Below the pieces are notes generated by a model that was given only the letters and a program-made list of their open reading frames with translations, ran no database searches and had not been told where the DNA came from. From the NCBI GenBank assembly GCA_031401775.1, contig JANNRV010000128.1, forward strand, positions 13,918 to 77,917: a stretch of DNA of 64,000 nucleotides, written 5' to 3'. Of this stretch, positions 1 through 10,938 are shown in pieces. Made by a program: the position numbers and the translations under genes. Every line of letters begins with the position of its first letter. Positions within the stretch are counted from its first letter, which is position 1. The DNA is from Bacteroidia bacterium. Lineage in GTDB: Bacteria > Bacteroidota > Bacteroidia > Cytophagales > Cyclobacteriaceae.

Positions 1-1035
1 ACCCGTTCCGTTAGTAGTTGCTGTAGTGGGAACAAAACCACGTCTTTCCTCTTGGCCTGATCCCGGGTTATTGCTGCTTGCAGACCCTTCAAACTTTGCA
101 TAGAAATCAGCCGTAGTGCTGAATCCATTCCAACCTCCACCTTGACCTGGTGCAATCATATTATAATGCATCCCATTCCAAATCCGGTTACAAACGCAGG
201 CATCAGTCCAAAAAATCTCTTCTGTGTCTGCAGTCTTTACGAAAATATCAAAGAAGCCAGCCTGCAAAGCAAATCCATCTGCAGTTATTGCATCAACCAA
301 TCCAATTACTTTGGTCATATCTGCAGCCTGTGGTGTTGAATTTAAATAGATGTGTTTGTTCAAATATAATTTGGCTAATAAAAAACGCGCTGCTGCTTTT
401 CCAGCAACGGGCTTGGCATTGACTGCAGCACCTGCAGCTATTGTTGGCAAGCCAGTAATGGCTGCTTCCAAATCGTTAGCGATGAAATCAAACGCAGCCT
501 GTCCTGTCAAAACTTCAGGAGCCTTGCTCGACTCATCATTTACTCCTCGCTGAGGGATTTGTCTCCAGAAATCCATAATGTAGAAGGCATTCCAGGCACG
601 AAGGAACTTGCCTTCTGCTATTTGCTGCGCATTTGCACCTGACTCAGGAGCTAACAATTCATTCAGTCGGAACCCATTGGCATTCAGGTTATTCCACGAG
701 TTTAAAATATAAGGATGAGTAGCATCCCAATCATGGGTATGTAGCAATCTCCAAATACCATTATCACCCCAGTCTGTTCCACGTGTTGGTACAAGAAGTT
801 CGTCTGAAGCCACCTCTAATAAGGAGTACATATTCGCCTGATCAGCAAACTGACGCACATTGGCGTAACTTGATTCCAGGGCTGCCTTTGGATCAACACC
901 TGCAAATTTACCAGTAGAAGAAACTATAATTTTTGAATCAAGTTCCTTCACTGCCAAATCCGTACACGCTGTAAAAACCATCATCGCCACCACCGTTGGC
1001 ACGAGATACTTTAAAGCTTTTGACATTTTTTTCAT
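1..1035 (-). CDS. RagB/SusD-family outer-membrane lipoprotein (partial, runs off the left edge)
   Basis: Not in the ORF track. Manual translation from the ATG at 1035 gives MKKMSKALKYLVPTVVAMMVFTACTDLAVKELDSK (lipoprotein signal). It lies directly downstream of a SusC-like gene. Confidence 0.85.
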   Translation of the reverse strand, partial: MKKMSKALKYLVPTVVAMMVFTACTDLAVKELDSKIIVSSTGKFAGVDPKAALESSYANVRQFADQANMYSLLEVASDELLVPTRGTDWGDNGIWRLLHTHDWDATHPYILNSWNNLNANGFRLNELLAPESGANAQQIAEGKFLRAWNAFYIMDFWRQIPQRGVNDESSKAPEVLTGQAAFDFIANDLEAAITGLPTIAAGAAVNAKPVAGKAAARFLLAKLYLNKHIYLNSTPQAADMTKVIGLVDAITADGFALQAGFFDIFVKTADTEEIFWTDACVCNRIWNGMHYNMIAPGQGGGWNGFSTTADFYAKFEGSASSNNPGSGQEERRGFVPTTATTNGTG

Positions 1036-1075
1036 TTTATTTTAAATTTTATACTCTTTTATAACAAATTAATCC

Positions 1076-4000
1076 CTAAAAAGTTGCTCTCAATCCAAGA
1101 GAGAAAGTTCTGGCTCTTGGATAAGAGGAATAATCAATTCCTAATGAAGGAACACTGTTCAATGCCTTGTTTGTATTTACTTCAGGATCCAACCCATCAT
1201 AGCCAGTGATGACAAATAGGTTTTGGCCTCCCGCAGATAGATACAAACTCTTAATTGCCTGTGACTTTAACTTAACATTGTATCCTATGTTAAAATTCTG
1301 GAAGCGCATAAAATCTCCTTTTTGAAGGAATCTTGTAGACGCATCGGGAGCATTCAGGTTAGACTCTCCACTGCCAACCACATCTGTGGTTACGTTACGG
1401 GCATTACCCAAAGAACCAGAGGTAAAGTAAGCGTTGGCTGTGTTGTTATACACGTAGTGACCAGACTGCCCTGTCAAGAAAGCAGTGGCATCCCAATTCT
1501 TGTATCGGTAGTTTACCGTAAATCCAAAAAACTGCGTGGGCAAAGGAGATTTTCCAAGGAACTGTTGAACGTCTCCATTAGGATAGGTAGCTAATCCCTG
1601 ACTATCATAGCCTGCAAAATCGCGAAGGAAATAGGCAAATATGGGCTGGCCTGACGCAATGCGTTGTGAAAAAGCACCTGTCAATCCCTGACCACTGATA
1701 GCGCCTGTGTCTACAACACCATCAAAATTCTTAACCTGGTTATCATTGAAGGTGATGTTGAAATTGAATTTCAAACCGCTTGATTCATTATCAATAGCAG
1801 TATAATTCAGTGAAAATTCAACTCCTTTATTAATCACGTTGGCCGGCAAATTCTGATACTGGAAAGGCTGTGGAGCAGGCTGCGCAGAGTTTACCTGAAT
1901 AAGTAAGTCAGTGGTATTCTTGTTATAATAATCCACCGTTCCACTCAATTTTCCTTGAATAAAAGAAAAATCCAATCCTGCATTAATCTGCGAAGTTTGC
2001 TCCCATTTCAAAGCTGGGTTTGCAAAAGCAACGTTGTTGAGTCCTGGGGTATTTGCATTTCCACCTTGATCGATTGTGGGATCATCATAACGTTGTCTTG
2101 AAGTGTACAAGTTGTGGGGAATCTCCTGATTACCGGTTATTCCATAACCAACTCTCAACTTAAGGTCGTCAAATGCTTCAGGAATAAAATCCTCATCTGA
2201 CAATCTCCAGGCGGCCGCTACAGAAGGGAAATATCCATACTGGTTGTCGCCACCAAATTTGGTAGATCCATCTGCTCTAAACGTGGCAGTTAACAAATAT
2301 TTGTCAGCGTAGCTATAGTTAGCTCTTCCGAAGAAGGACTGCAGCTCATCCTCTTGTTCAAAAGTATTTTGAGTAATAGATCTTACACGTGATGAAGGTT
2401 TGGCAGCACTTGTAGATGTCAACTTTGGGGTAGGGAAAAGTTCAGTCCTATAAAATGAATCACCATCAACTCCAAATGACTGATAGCTATCTGTTGCATC
2501 AAGAACGGTTTCTCTAACCGAGTTGACTGAAGCTCTCAGGTCATCAATTTGGCCATCCATAGATGTTAGTGCCTTTGAAAATCCAAATCCTAGAGAATTA
2601 GACCCATTACGATTGAATTTCTGATAAGAGTATCCTACAAGAGCACTGAATTTTGAATTAGTTCCAATGTCCTTTTTGTAATTAAAAAAGGCTTCCAATA
2701 AATCACTGGATGTATTAACATCCGCTAAGAATGCTCTTCCATTGTCGGTGATTCCATTACTAATAACCAGCTTGGGTGAATAGGCACCTGCCCTTTCAGA
2801 CTCCGTCCTATCTCTTCCATAATTTACTCTGAAATTAAGCTCTTTTGTTATATCATAATCAGCTGACAAATTGATCAGCAACCTTTTAGTTGTCGCATCA
2901 TCCTGGTGATACTTCAACAAAGACAAAGGGTTAACATTGGAATTGGAAGGTTGAATTTCAGGATCATTTTTCCAGGTAGGATTGGCCATGTAAGCACCTC
3001 CTAAAAGGTCTCCTTCAAAACCAGCATTATCACTTATTGGTGCGTAACTATCTTCCAATCTGGCACCTGTAATTTGAGCACCTAATTTCAGTTTCTCATT
3101 CAATAAGGAGTGATTGATATTGAAACGGCCTGTAATCTTTTTCAAGCCTGATTCCTTAATGATACCTTCCTGATTGTTGTATCCAAAAGCAGCGCGGTAG
3201 TTTCCGCCTTTATAGGAATTTGCATAACCTAAATCATACTTCTGCGAAAGGGCAGTGCGGGTAATTTCCTTCTGCCAGTCTGTATTTCCTCCAAAGTCCT
3301 GTGCTACCGGATCTCCTCCACGGTCAGCTACACCCTTTAAAAAAGCATCTCTTTCCAATAAATCGTAATATTTAGCTTGATTAGAAACGTTGAATTCTGA
3401 ATTAAACGAAAGCTCTTTCGATAGTCCTTTACCACTTTTCGTCTTGATCAGAACAACACCATTGGCACCTCTGGATCCATAAATAGCAGTAGCAGATGCA
3501 TCTTTCAACACGTCAATGCTTTCGATATCGGCTGGATTCAAAAAGTTAAGAGGGTTCCTGGGTGTAGATGTTCCACGACCAAGGTCTGCTCCACCTCCCG
3601 AAATATCATCACCTGCAAGGGCAACTCCATCCACTACGAATAATGGATTGCTACCACCACGAACAGAAGATGTACCTCTGATATTAATTTTTACTGCAGC
3701 TCCAGGCTCACCGCTTGAAGAGGTCACTTGAACTCCAGGTGTACGGCCTTGAATCAACATTTCGGGTGAAGTAATAACCCCCCGGTTGAAATCTCCTGCT
3801 TTAACAGATGAAATCGCACCCGTGGCATCTTTTTTCTGAACTTCACCATAACCAATAACTACTACCTCGTTCAGGGCAGTTACGTCCAATTGCAAAGTAA
3901 CGTTCATCGTTCCCTGCGATCCCACCGGGACTTCCTGAGAGGCATAGCCAACAAATGAATAAACTAATGTGGCGTTGTCGCCAACAGTAATAAGGTAGTT

Positions 4001-4189
4001 ACCACTCGCGTCAGAAACAGTACCATTACTGGTGCCTTTTTCGAGAATGTTAACACCAGGAATTCCGGAACCATCATCTGAGGAGGTTACCGTTCCTGAT
4101 ACCGATTTCCCTTGTGCAAAGCCCGACAGAGCTCCAAACAGTAAGAAGACCGATAAATACCTGCGAATTAACAGATACAATTTAGTCAT
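1076..4189 (-). CDS. SusC/RagA-family TonB-dependent outer-membrane transporter
   Basis: 1037 aa. Signal peptide, carboxypeptidase-regulatory-like N-domain, plug motif (IDVLKDASATAIYGSRGANGVVLI) and C-terminal YPRARTFSLGLRATF. Confidence 0.95.
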   Translation of the reverse strand: MTKLYLLIRRYLSVFLLFGALSGFAQGKSVSGTVTSSDDGSGIPGVNILEKGTSNGTVSDASGNYLITVGDNATLVYSFVGYASQEVPVGSQGTMNVTLQLDVTALNEVVVIGYGEVQKKDATGAISSVKAGDFNRGVITSPEMLIQGRTPGVQVTSSSGEPGAAVKINIRGTSSVRGGSNPLFVVDGVALAGDDISGGGADLGRGTSTPRNPLNFLNPADIESIDVLKDASATAIYGSRGANGVVLIKTKSGKGLSKELSFNSEFNVSNQAKYYDLLERDAFLKGVADRGGDPVAQDFGGNTDWQKEITRTALSQKYDLGYANSYKGGNYRAAFGYNNQEGIIKESGLKKITGRFNINHSLLNEKLKLGAQITGARLEDSYAPISDNAGFEGDLLGGAYMANPTWKNDPEIQPSNSNVNPLSLLKYHQDDATTKRLLINLSADYDITKELNFRVNYGRDRTESERAGAYSPKLVISNGITDNGRAFLADVNTSSDLLEAFFNYKKDIGTNSKFSALVGYSYQKFNRNGSNSLGFGFSKALTSMDGQIDDLRASVNSVRETVLDATDSYQSFGVDGDSFYRTELFPTPKLTSTSAAKPSSRVRSITQNTFEQEDELQSFFGRANYSYADKYLLTATFRADGSTKFGGDNQYGYFPSVAAAWRLSDEDFIPEAFDDLKLRVGYGITGNQEIPHNLYTSRQRYDDPTIDQGGNANTPGLNNVAFANPALKWEQTSQINAGLDFSFIQGKLSGTVDYYNKNTTDLLIQVNSAQPAPQPFQYQNLPANVINKGVEFSLNYTAIDNESSGLKFNFNITFNDNQVKNFDGVVDTGAISGQGLTGAFSQRIASGQPIFAYFLRDFAGYDSQGLATYPNGDVQQFLGKSPLPTQFFGFTVNYRYKNWDATAFLTGQSGHYVYNNTANAYFTSGSLGNARNVTTDVVGSGESNLNAPDASTRFLQKGDFMRFQNFNIGYNVKLKSQAIKSLYLSAGGQNLFVITGYDGLDPEVNTNKALNSVPSLGIDYSSYPRARTFSLGLRATF

Positions 4190-4357
4190 ACGTAGTTGAT
4201 TTAGGGTTTTAATTGTTGTTTAGAAATTGTTTTCAAAATCTTATTCGTTACTTTGAGTTCATAATGAATGTAAATTTTGCAAACAATACTACTTTGAAAT
4301 TACCATTTCTCCATACGATTTTAACAATTACTTCATGAAATTTTGCTGGAAACGACA

Positions 4358-4373
4358 TCGCAAACGTTTGCAA
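4358..4373. promoter_or_regulatory. LacI-family operator (palindrome GCAAACGTTTGC)
   Basis: Perfect 12-bp palindrome at 4360-4371 with central CG, in the divergent susC/lacI intergenic region. Confidence 0.7.
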
Positions 4374-4417
4374 TTTTTGAGTATATTTATAATTAACCCC
4401 CTAAGCGTGAATTAGGC

Positions 4418-5467
4418 ATGAAGTTCAATCAAATTACCATTAAGGACATTGCAAGAGAATTGGGGATTTCTCCCTCTACAGTTTCTCGTGCACTCAAAGA
4501 TCATCCTGATATAAGCGTTGCTACAAAAAAAGCGGTAAATGAGCTAGCTGAAAAGTTAAACTACCAGCCCAATACCGTTGCCCTTAACCTTCGTCAGCGC
4601 AAGACAAATACTATAGGAGTCATTATTCCTGAAATCGTTCACTTCTTTTTCTCAACAGTTATTAGTGGAATAGAAGATGTCGCATATGAAGCGGGCTACA
4701 ATGTTATCCTCGCACAATCAAACGAGTCTGTAGAGCGTGAAAAATCTGACATAAAAGCCCTTTTCAATAGCCGCGTAGATGGATTACTCCTTTCCATATC
4801 AAGAGAAACGACCAATTTCGACCACATTGAATCCATAATTTCCAAGGGCTTGCCGATTGTATTTTATGACAGGATGTATACTAATCCGAATACCAGCAAG
4901 GTCATTGTTGATGACTATATTGGGGCTAAGGAAGCTGTTTTGCACTTGATCCAACAAGGTTTTAAGAGAATTGCCCATCTGGAGGCAGCTCCAGGCCTTC
5001 AGATCGCAGTAGACCGTAAGCGCGGATATGTTGATGCGTTGAAGGAAAACAATATGCCTGTAAAGGAGAACATGATCATTGAGTGCCCCAATGGTAGTCT
5101 TGAGGACGGAAAGAAGGCAACCAAGAAATTGTTAGCCTTACCGTCTCCACCAGATGCCATTTTCGCTAATAATGACCTTTTAGCAATGGGTGCAATGTTA
5201 TCAATTAAAGAAAAAGGGCTTAAAATACCTGAAGATGTGGCCTTGATGGGTTTCAGCAACTGGTTCTTCAGTCAATTATTGGATCCACCATTGAGCTCGG
5301 TCGATCAGCCGGGTTTTGAAATGGGGCAGGAAGCAGCCCGTTTACTTATCCGGCAGATTGAGATGATAGACAAGGATCAATTTGATATCCAGCCTGAGAC
5401 TAAAATTCTGAAGACCCGCCTCATCATCAGGGAGTCATCTTTGAGAAAGCCGGCCAAGAAAAAATAG
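4418..5467 (+). CDS. LacI-family transcriptional regulator
   Basis: N-terminal HTH (TIKDIARELGISPSTVSRAL) plus a periplasmic-binding-protein-like sugar-binding domain. Confidence 0.95.
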   Translation: MKFNQITIKDIARELGISPSTVSRALKDHPDISVATKKAVNELAEKLNYQPNTVALNLRQRKTNTIGVIIPEIVHFFFSTVISGIEDVAYEAGYNVILAQSNESVEREKSDIKALFNSRVDGLLLSISRETTNFDHIESIISKGLPIVFYDRMYTNPNTSKVIVDDYIGAKEAVLHLIQQGFKRIAHLEAAPGLQIAVDRKRGYVDALKENNMPVKENMIIECPNGSLEDGKKATKKLLALPSPPDAIFANNDLLAMGAMLSIKEKGLKIPEDVALMGFSNWFFSQLLDPPLSSVDQPGFEMGQEAARLLIRQIEMIDKDQFDIQPETKILKTRLIIRESSLRKPAKKK

Positions 5468-5468
5468 C

Positions 5469-5480
5469 GCAACCGTTTTC
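5469..5480. promoter_or_regulatory. Probable second LacI operator upstream of the GH31 gene
   Basis: GCAACCGTTTTC matches the 4360 palindrome at 10/12 positions and lies 80 bp upstream of the GH31 ATG. Confidence 0.5.
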
Positions 5481-5559
5481 TGATTTTTTTGAGATTGGTT
5501 TGTTAGTTTAGTGAATGCATTTGCCTTTACTTGAGGCATTCATTTACTATAAATCAACC

Positions 5560-7965
5560 ATGGCATCTTCTATTGAAAGTTCTTCCAGCCAAAGCCTAGG
5601 AAAATTAATATCATCAAAATCAATTGATACAGGAATTGAAGGCACTACGTCTAATGGGAACTTTAGAGTTCAATTTTATAATGATGGCATATGCAGGGTT
5701 CAACTAAGTCAGAGGTCGGTATTTGAAGACTTCTCTTATGCCGTTATCGCACAACCTGAAAAAACAAAGTTCACGCTTTCAGAAGATTCTGATAAACTGA
5801 TAGTAAGCACCTCACAATTCCAACTCTCTATTTCAAAAGCCGAGGTTCGGTTTCAATTTTTAGATACGACAGGGCAAATAATCAATGAAGATGAAAAGGG
5901 ATTAGGAACATCATGGATCGGTGAGCAAGTAACTACCTACAAAAGACTGCAGGAAGGTGAACGCTTTATTGGTCTTGGAGAAAAGACCGGACATCTGGAT
6001 AGGAAAGGATCTAGCTACCTTAATTGGAATACGGATGCCTATGGATATCATTCCGGGACTGATCCGTTGTATTGTTCTATGCCTTTCTACATAGGCATAC
6101 ATCAAAATCATATCTACGGAATCTTTCTTGATAACTCCCATAAGTCATTTTTCAATTTTGGTGCGTCAAATAATCGCTTCGCAAGTTTTTCGGCTGATGC
6201 AGGAGAGATGAATTACTATTTCATCACCGGGAAAAGCGTGGCAGATATCATTCAAGGATACACACACCTCACAGGCCGAATGGAATTGCCTCCTCAATGG
6301 AGTATTGGCTATCAACAATGCCGTTATAGTTATTATCCAGACAATGAAGTTACTACGCTGGCCAGGACATTTCGTGAAAAAGATATTCCTGCCGATGTAA
6401 TCGTCATGGATATCCACTACATGGAGAAGTACAAAATTTTTACCTGGGACAATAGGAATTTTTCGAATCCGAAAGCGATGATTGACGAAATCAAAGCGAT
6501 GGGCTTTCATGTCGTGATCATGTGTGATCCGGGAATTAAAATCGAAGAAGGGTATGAGGCTTATGATGACGGTATTAAAAAAGATGTCTTTATCAAATAT
6601 CAGGATGGAGAAAATTATGCGGGACAAGTTTGGCCAGGGTGGTGCCACTTTCCCGACTTCACAAATCCAAAAACCCGGGCCTGGTGGGCCACGAAGTTCC
6701 ATGACTATGTCAATCTAGGTGTTGAAGGATTCTGGAATGATATGAATGAGATTGCAACGTGGGGTAATGCACTTCCTGAGAATCTCGTATTCGACTTTGA
6801 AGGAAATAAGTCAACCACACGAAGGGGCAGAAATCTCTTTGGATTTCAAATGGCTCGCAGCACCTATGAGGGAACAAAAGGCTTGATGAAAGGCAAGAGA
6901 CCTTTCAACTTAACACGCTCAGGGTTTTCTGGAATACAACGCTATTCAGCGGTGTGGACAGGTGATAACGTATCCTATGATGAACACATGATGCTGGGGG
7001 TGCGGTTAGTGAATAGTCTTGGATTGACGGGTGTTGCTTTTGCTGGTTATGACGTAGGTGGTTTTGTAGGAGATGCCAATACAAAACTTTTTGCACGGTG
7101 GATTTCCATAGGTGCCCTCTCCCCTTTCTTCCGCGGTCACACCATGATCAATACCCGCGATGCTGAACCATGGTCTTATGGCGAAGAGGTTGAACAGATT
7201 TCAAGGAACTATATCAAATTTCGATATCAGCTCTTGCCCTATTTATATTCTCTATTCTACGAGGCATCAAAGACAGGAATGCCAGTACAGCGCTCATTGG
7301 CACTCAGCCACACATTTGATCCCAAAATATATGAGCATCCGTACGAGCATCAATATTTATTCGGCCCGTTCATATTGGTAGCTCCTGTGGAAAGCACAAA
7401 AGAACTTGTGAAAATTTATTTACCGAAGGGAGAATGGTATTATCTCTTCAATGGTCAAAAGTATTTCGGGGATCAGGTGATTGTTATAGATTGTCCAATT
7501 CACAAACTTCCTGTATTTATAAAGTCAGGTGCTGTACTACCCATGCAACAGGCTCGGGCACATACCCAAGAAAAGACTTCTGAGTTAATTCTTCACCTCT
7601 ACCATGGGAGCGATTCAACTTCGTTCAATTATTTTGAGGACGATGGAAATTCATTTGATTATCAAAAAGATAGTTTTATCTCAAGGGAAATAAACTATTT
7701 ACCGCAAGACCGCAAACTCATTATTGGAAAGGCGACTGGTCATTACACATCCCCGATCAAACACCTTAAAATTGTATTTCATCATCATTCGAATGATACT
7801 GTATTTATTAATGGGGTTGAGAAAAAACTGGAGGATAAAATGCATTCTTTTTTTACTCCTTTGGAAAAATACGACCCTATCAATGATCCGGAATCTATGG
7901 GTGAAGAAGGAGTTAAGTGGACAGTGACGAATTATACCTCAGAACTTATTGAAATTACATGGTAA
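5560..7965 (+). CDS. Glycoside hydrolase family 31 (alpha-glucosidase type)
   Basis: GFWNDMNE nucleophile motif and WTGDN acid/base motif. Start placed at ATG 5560. Confidence 0.92.
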   Translation: MASSIESSSSQSLGKLISSKSIDTGIEGTTSNGNFRVQFYNDGICRVQLSQRSVFEDFSYAVIAQPEKTKFTLSEDSDKLIVSTSQFQLSISKAEVRFQFLDTTGQIINEDEKGLGTSWIGEQVTTYKRLQEGERFIGLGEKTGHLDRKGSSYLNWNTDAYGYHSGTDPLYCSMPFYIGIHQNHIYGIFLDNSHKSFFNFGASNNRFASFSADAGEMNYYFITGKSVADIIQGYTHLTGRMELPPQWSIGYQQCRYSYYPDNEVTTLARTFREKDIPADVIVMDIHYMEKYKIFTWDNRNFSNPKAMIDEIKAMGFHVVIMCDPGIKIEEGYEAYDDGIKKDVFIKYQDGENYAGQVWPGWCHFPDFTNPKTRAWWATKFHDYVNLGVEGFWNDMNEIATWGNALPENLVFDFEGNKSTTRRGRNLFGFQMARSTYEGTKGLMKGKRPFNLTRSGFSGIQRYSAVWTGDNVSYDEHMMLGVRLVNSLGLTGVAFAGYDVGGFVGDANTKLFARWISIGALSPFFRGHTMINTRDAEPWSYGEEVEQISRNYIKFRYQLLPYLYSLFYEASKTGMPVQRSLALSHTFDPKIYEHPYEHQYLFGPFILVAPVESTKELVKIYLPKGEWYYLFNGQKYFGDQVIVIDCPIHKLPVFIKSGAVLPMQQARAHTQEKTSELILHLYHGSDSTSFNYFEDDGNSFDYQKDSFISREINYLPQDRKLIIGKATGHYTSPIKHLKIVFHHHSNDTVFINGVEKKLEDKMHSFFTPLEKYDPINDPESMGEEGVKWTVTNYTSELIEITW

Positions 7966-8070
7966 TGATGTTACGCGAAAACAGTCAACGTCATTTCGAG
8001 CGTGAGCGAGAAATCTACCAAGGTGATTACGGGAGAATTAAAAATTGTAGCTTTAGCAAATCCAACTGTT

Positions 8071-9594
8071 ATGAGTCAATCACCTCCAATCAAACCCAAA
8101 CTTAGCTTTTGGCAAATCTGGAACATGAGTTTTGGATTTTTAGGAATTCAATTTGGGTTTGCCTTACAAAATGCAAACACCAGTAGAATTTTTGAAACCC
8201 TCGGTGCCGAGACTAGCAGTCTTGCTCTTTTTTGGCTTGCCGCCCCCGTTACGGGATTGTTGATTCAACCCGTTATAGGATTCTATAGTGATCGTACCTG
8301 GCATCCTACGTGGGGAAGAAGAAGACCCTACTTTGCTATCGGAGCATTACTGGCTTCGCTGGCATTATGCTTTATGCCTAACTCTACGGAACTGTGGATG
8401 GCCGTTGGTGTACTATGGATTATGGATGCTTCTATCAACGTGAGCATGGAACCCTTCAGAGCATTTGTTGGTGACATGTTGCCTCCTTTGCAAAGGACAA
8501 CAGGGTTTGCCATGCAAAGTTTTTTTATTGGAATTGGAGCCATCGTTGCTTCTTTTCTTCCTTGGATCTTTAAAAACTGGTTTGGCATTTCCAACGTAGC
8601 GAGTGTCGGTGAAATTCCTGACTCTGTGAAATATTCTTTTTATGTAGGCGCGTTTATGCTTTTCGTTACTGTCATGTGGACTGTGTTCAGCACAAAAGAA
8701 TATCCTCCCGCACCCGGAGACGAACAAAAACTGAAGAACCGTGAGAAAAGAAAAATCGATAATGAAGAAGAATTTAGGCGGCATTTCAATCGCCTCGGGA
8801 AACCTCTTCTTCTGGTTGGACTGGCCTTCTCCTTACTTGTATTTTTTCTGAAGCTTGAAAAAGAACTCTTCGTTTTAGGATTTGGGCTAGCCGTTTTCGG
8901 AATTGTCTTTTTGTTGGCAGCAAATTTCATTGCGCAAGGGAGATCCTATCTGGGTCTTGTTCACATTGTGAAAGATTTTACCACCATGCCGAAAACAATG
9001 ATGCAATTGGCCTACGTACAATTTTTTTCCTGGTTTGCTTTGTTCGCCATGTGGATCTACTCTACGTCCGCAGTAACCAGCCACATTTTCAATTCTACAG
9101 ATCCTACTACCAAAGCCTATAATGACGGGGCTGATCTGGTGGGTAGTTTATTTGGTATCTATAATGGCATCGCTGCGATGGCTGCCTTATTTCTTCCCAT
9201 ACTCGCTAAGTATACCAGCAGAAGAATTACTCATTTAATAGCACTCTGCTGTGGCGGTATGGGACTGATTTCGTTCTTCTTCATCTCTGATCCCTTCTGG
9301 TTATGGTTTTCCATGATTGGAATTGGTATTGCATGGGCAAGTATATTATCTGTTCCCTATGCCATGCTTTCCGGATCATTGCCACCTGAAAAAATGGGAT
9401 ACTATATGGGTGTCTTCAATTTCTTTATCGTTATCCCACAAATAATTGCCGGCACGGTTTTAGGATTTTTACTAACACACCTTTTTAATAATCAGCCTAT
9501 CTATATTCTTGTCACCGGTGGAGTTTCAATGATTGTTGCCGGACTGCTTTGTTTAAAAGTATCGGACAATGATGAAGTGGTAATTAAATCCTAA
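8071..9594 (+). CDS. MFS sugar transporter (maltose/sucrose, MalT-like)
   Basis: N-terminal IWNMSFGFLGIQFGFALQ, a WGRRRPY loop and many TM helices. Start likely ATG 8071. Confidence 0.88.
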   Translation: MSQSPPIKPKLSFWQIWNMSFGFLGIQFGFALQNANTSRIFETLGAETSSLALFWLAAPVTGLLIQPVIGFYSDRTWHPTWGRRRPYFAIGALLASLALCFMPNSTELWMAVGVLWIMDASINVSMEPFRAFVGDMLPPLQRTTGFAMQSFFIGIGAIVASFLPWIFKNWFGISNVASVGEIPDSVKYSFYVGAFMLFVTVMWTVFSTKEYPPAPGDEQKLKNREKRKIDNEEEFRRHFNRLGKPLLLVGLAFSLLVFFLKLEKELFVLGFGLAVFGIVFLLAANFIAQGRSYLGLVHIVKDFTTMPKTMMQLAYVQFFSWFALFAMWIYSTSAVTSHIFNSTDPTTKAYNDGADLVGSLFGIYNGIAAMAALFLPILAKYTSRRITHLIALCCGGMGLISFFFISDPFWLWFSMIGIGIAWASILSVPYAMLSGSLPPEKMGYYMGVFNFFIVIPQIIAGTVLGFLLTHLFNNQPIYILVTGGVSMIVAGLLCLKVSDNDEVVIKS

Positions 9595-9620
9595 CTTCCG
9601 TGGTATTTTAAAGGAATACT

Positions 9621-10826
9621 ATGAGACTTTTTACGTGTGCCTGTCTGCTCCTAATCAACTTAGTTGGGTGGGGACAAGATCGGTCCTTAAATTCCAGCCT
9701 ACGGCCCCTTTCCGAATATTCCCTTCTTACCGATTCTACTGAACGAAATACTAAAGTTGAAGCATGGTGGAAATCCCTGCGTCAGGCTCAACAGATTCCC
9801 TTAGTTATTGAAGATTCTGTTGCATTTCTCTATCGGGGTAATTCAAAAACGGTGGAGTGGATGGGTGATTTTAATGGATGGGGCTATAATCGTGGATTCA
9901 ATAACAAAGGCAAACGAATACATGGAACAGATGTTTGGATTTTCAAAGCATCCTTCCCGAAAGATACCCGGCTCGACTACAAAATCATGCTTAATGGAAG
10001 TCAACAAATTCTTGATCCCGAAAATTTACATCAACAATGGTCGGGTGTGGGTGGTGGAAGCCCTAATTCAGAACTTCGAATGCCAGCTTGGAAGGAAGAC
10101 CCCTTGCATCAAATCAGATCTGGCATTGAAAAAGGAAAAGTGATTACAGATATTTTGTTCAATAGCAAGGTGCTTGGGTATCAATTGATGTTCAATGTAT
10201 ACCTGCCCGCGGGATATGAAAAGCTGGGAAAACTTCCAGCCTTATATGTAACCGATGGCTACGAATACATGCATCCCCGATTAGGGGATATGATTACTAT
10301 TTTGGATAATCTTTATGCCGATAAAAAAATAAAGCCGGTAGTCTTTATCTTCATCGACCATCGCGAACCAGTCAACCGATCAAATAACAAGCGAATGGAA
10401 GAATTGGCCATGAACGAGGCGTACTATGACTTCTTTACCAAAGAATTTATTCCTCACATTGAATCTATCTATCCGGTAGTTTCTGATCCCAGTCAGCGCG
10501 CGATTTTAGGTGAATCCATGGGAGGTTTAACAGCCGCCTACTTCGCCTTTGTAAAACCAGGAGTATTTGGAATGGCCGGAATTCAATCACCGGCTTTCAG
10601 GGCTCGACCTCAGATTTATTCCATTTGCGACAATCCTCAACAGCTTATTAAGGTTTCTATGACCTCGGGCCTAATTAGCGATGCCAGCGAGGCAAGCCGG
10701 AAAATGAAATCCATTCTCGAAAGTAATGCCTGTGTTTACAAATACAGGGAGGTTAATGATGGTCACTCCTGGGGAAATTGGCGTAACTTGATTGATGAAA
10801 TCCTCATCGACTTCTTTGGAAATTAA
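9621..10826 (+). CDS. Secreted alpha/beta-hydrolase esterase (CE1/Fes-like) with an N-terminal CBM48-like domain
   Basis: Signal peptide, VEWMGDFNGW and LDYKIMLNG (CBM48/E-set-like), GESMGG nucleophile elbow, GHSW histidine. Confidence 0.75.
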   Translation: MRLFTCACLLLINLVGWGQDRSLNSSLRPLSEYSLLTDSTERNTKVEAWWKSLRQAQQIPLVIEDSVAFLYRGNSKTVEWMGDFNGWGYNRGFNNKGKRIHGTDVWIFKASFPKDTRLDYKIMLNGSQQILDPENLHQQWSGVGGGSPNSELRMPAWKEDPLHQIRSGIEKGKVITDILFNSKVLGYQLMFNVYLPAGYEKLGKLPALYVTDGYEYMHPRLGDMITILDNLYADKKIKPVVFIFIDHREPVNRSNNKRMEELAMNEAYYDFFTKEFIPHIESIYPVVSDPSQRAILGESMGGLTAAYFAFVKPGVFGMAGIQSPAFRARPQIYSICDNPQQLIKVSMTSGLISDASEASRKMKSILESNACVYKYREVNDGHSWGNWRNLIDEILIDFFGN

Positions 10827-10938
10827 TTCAGCAGAGATACCCATTTGCTCCAAAAAAGAAGCTCTTTAAACAAAGGAAATTTTAACTAATTTAAGGCATT
10901 GATTTTGTATTAATCCTTTATAAGTTCTGCTATTTACC

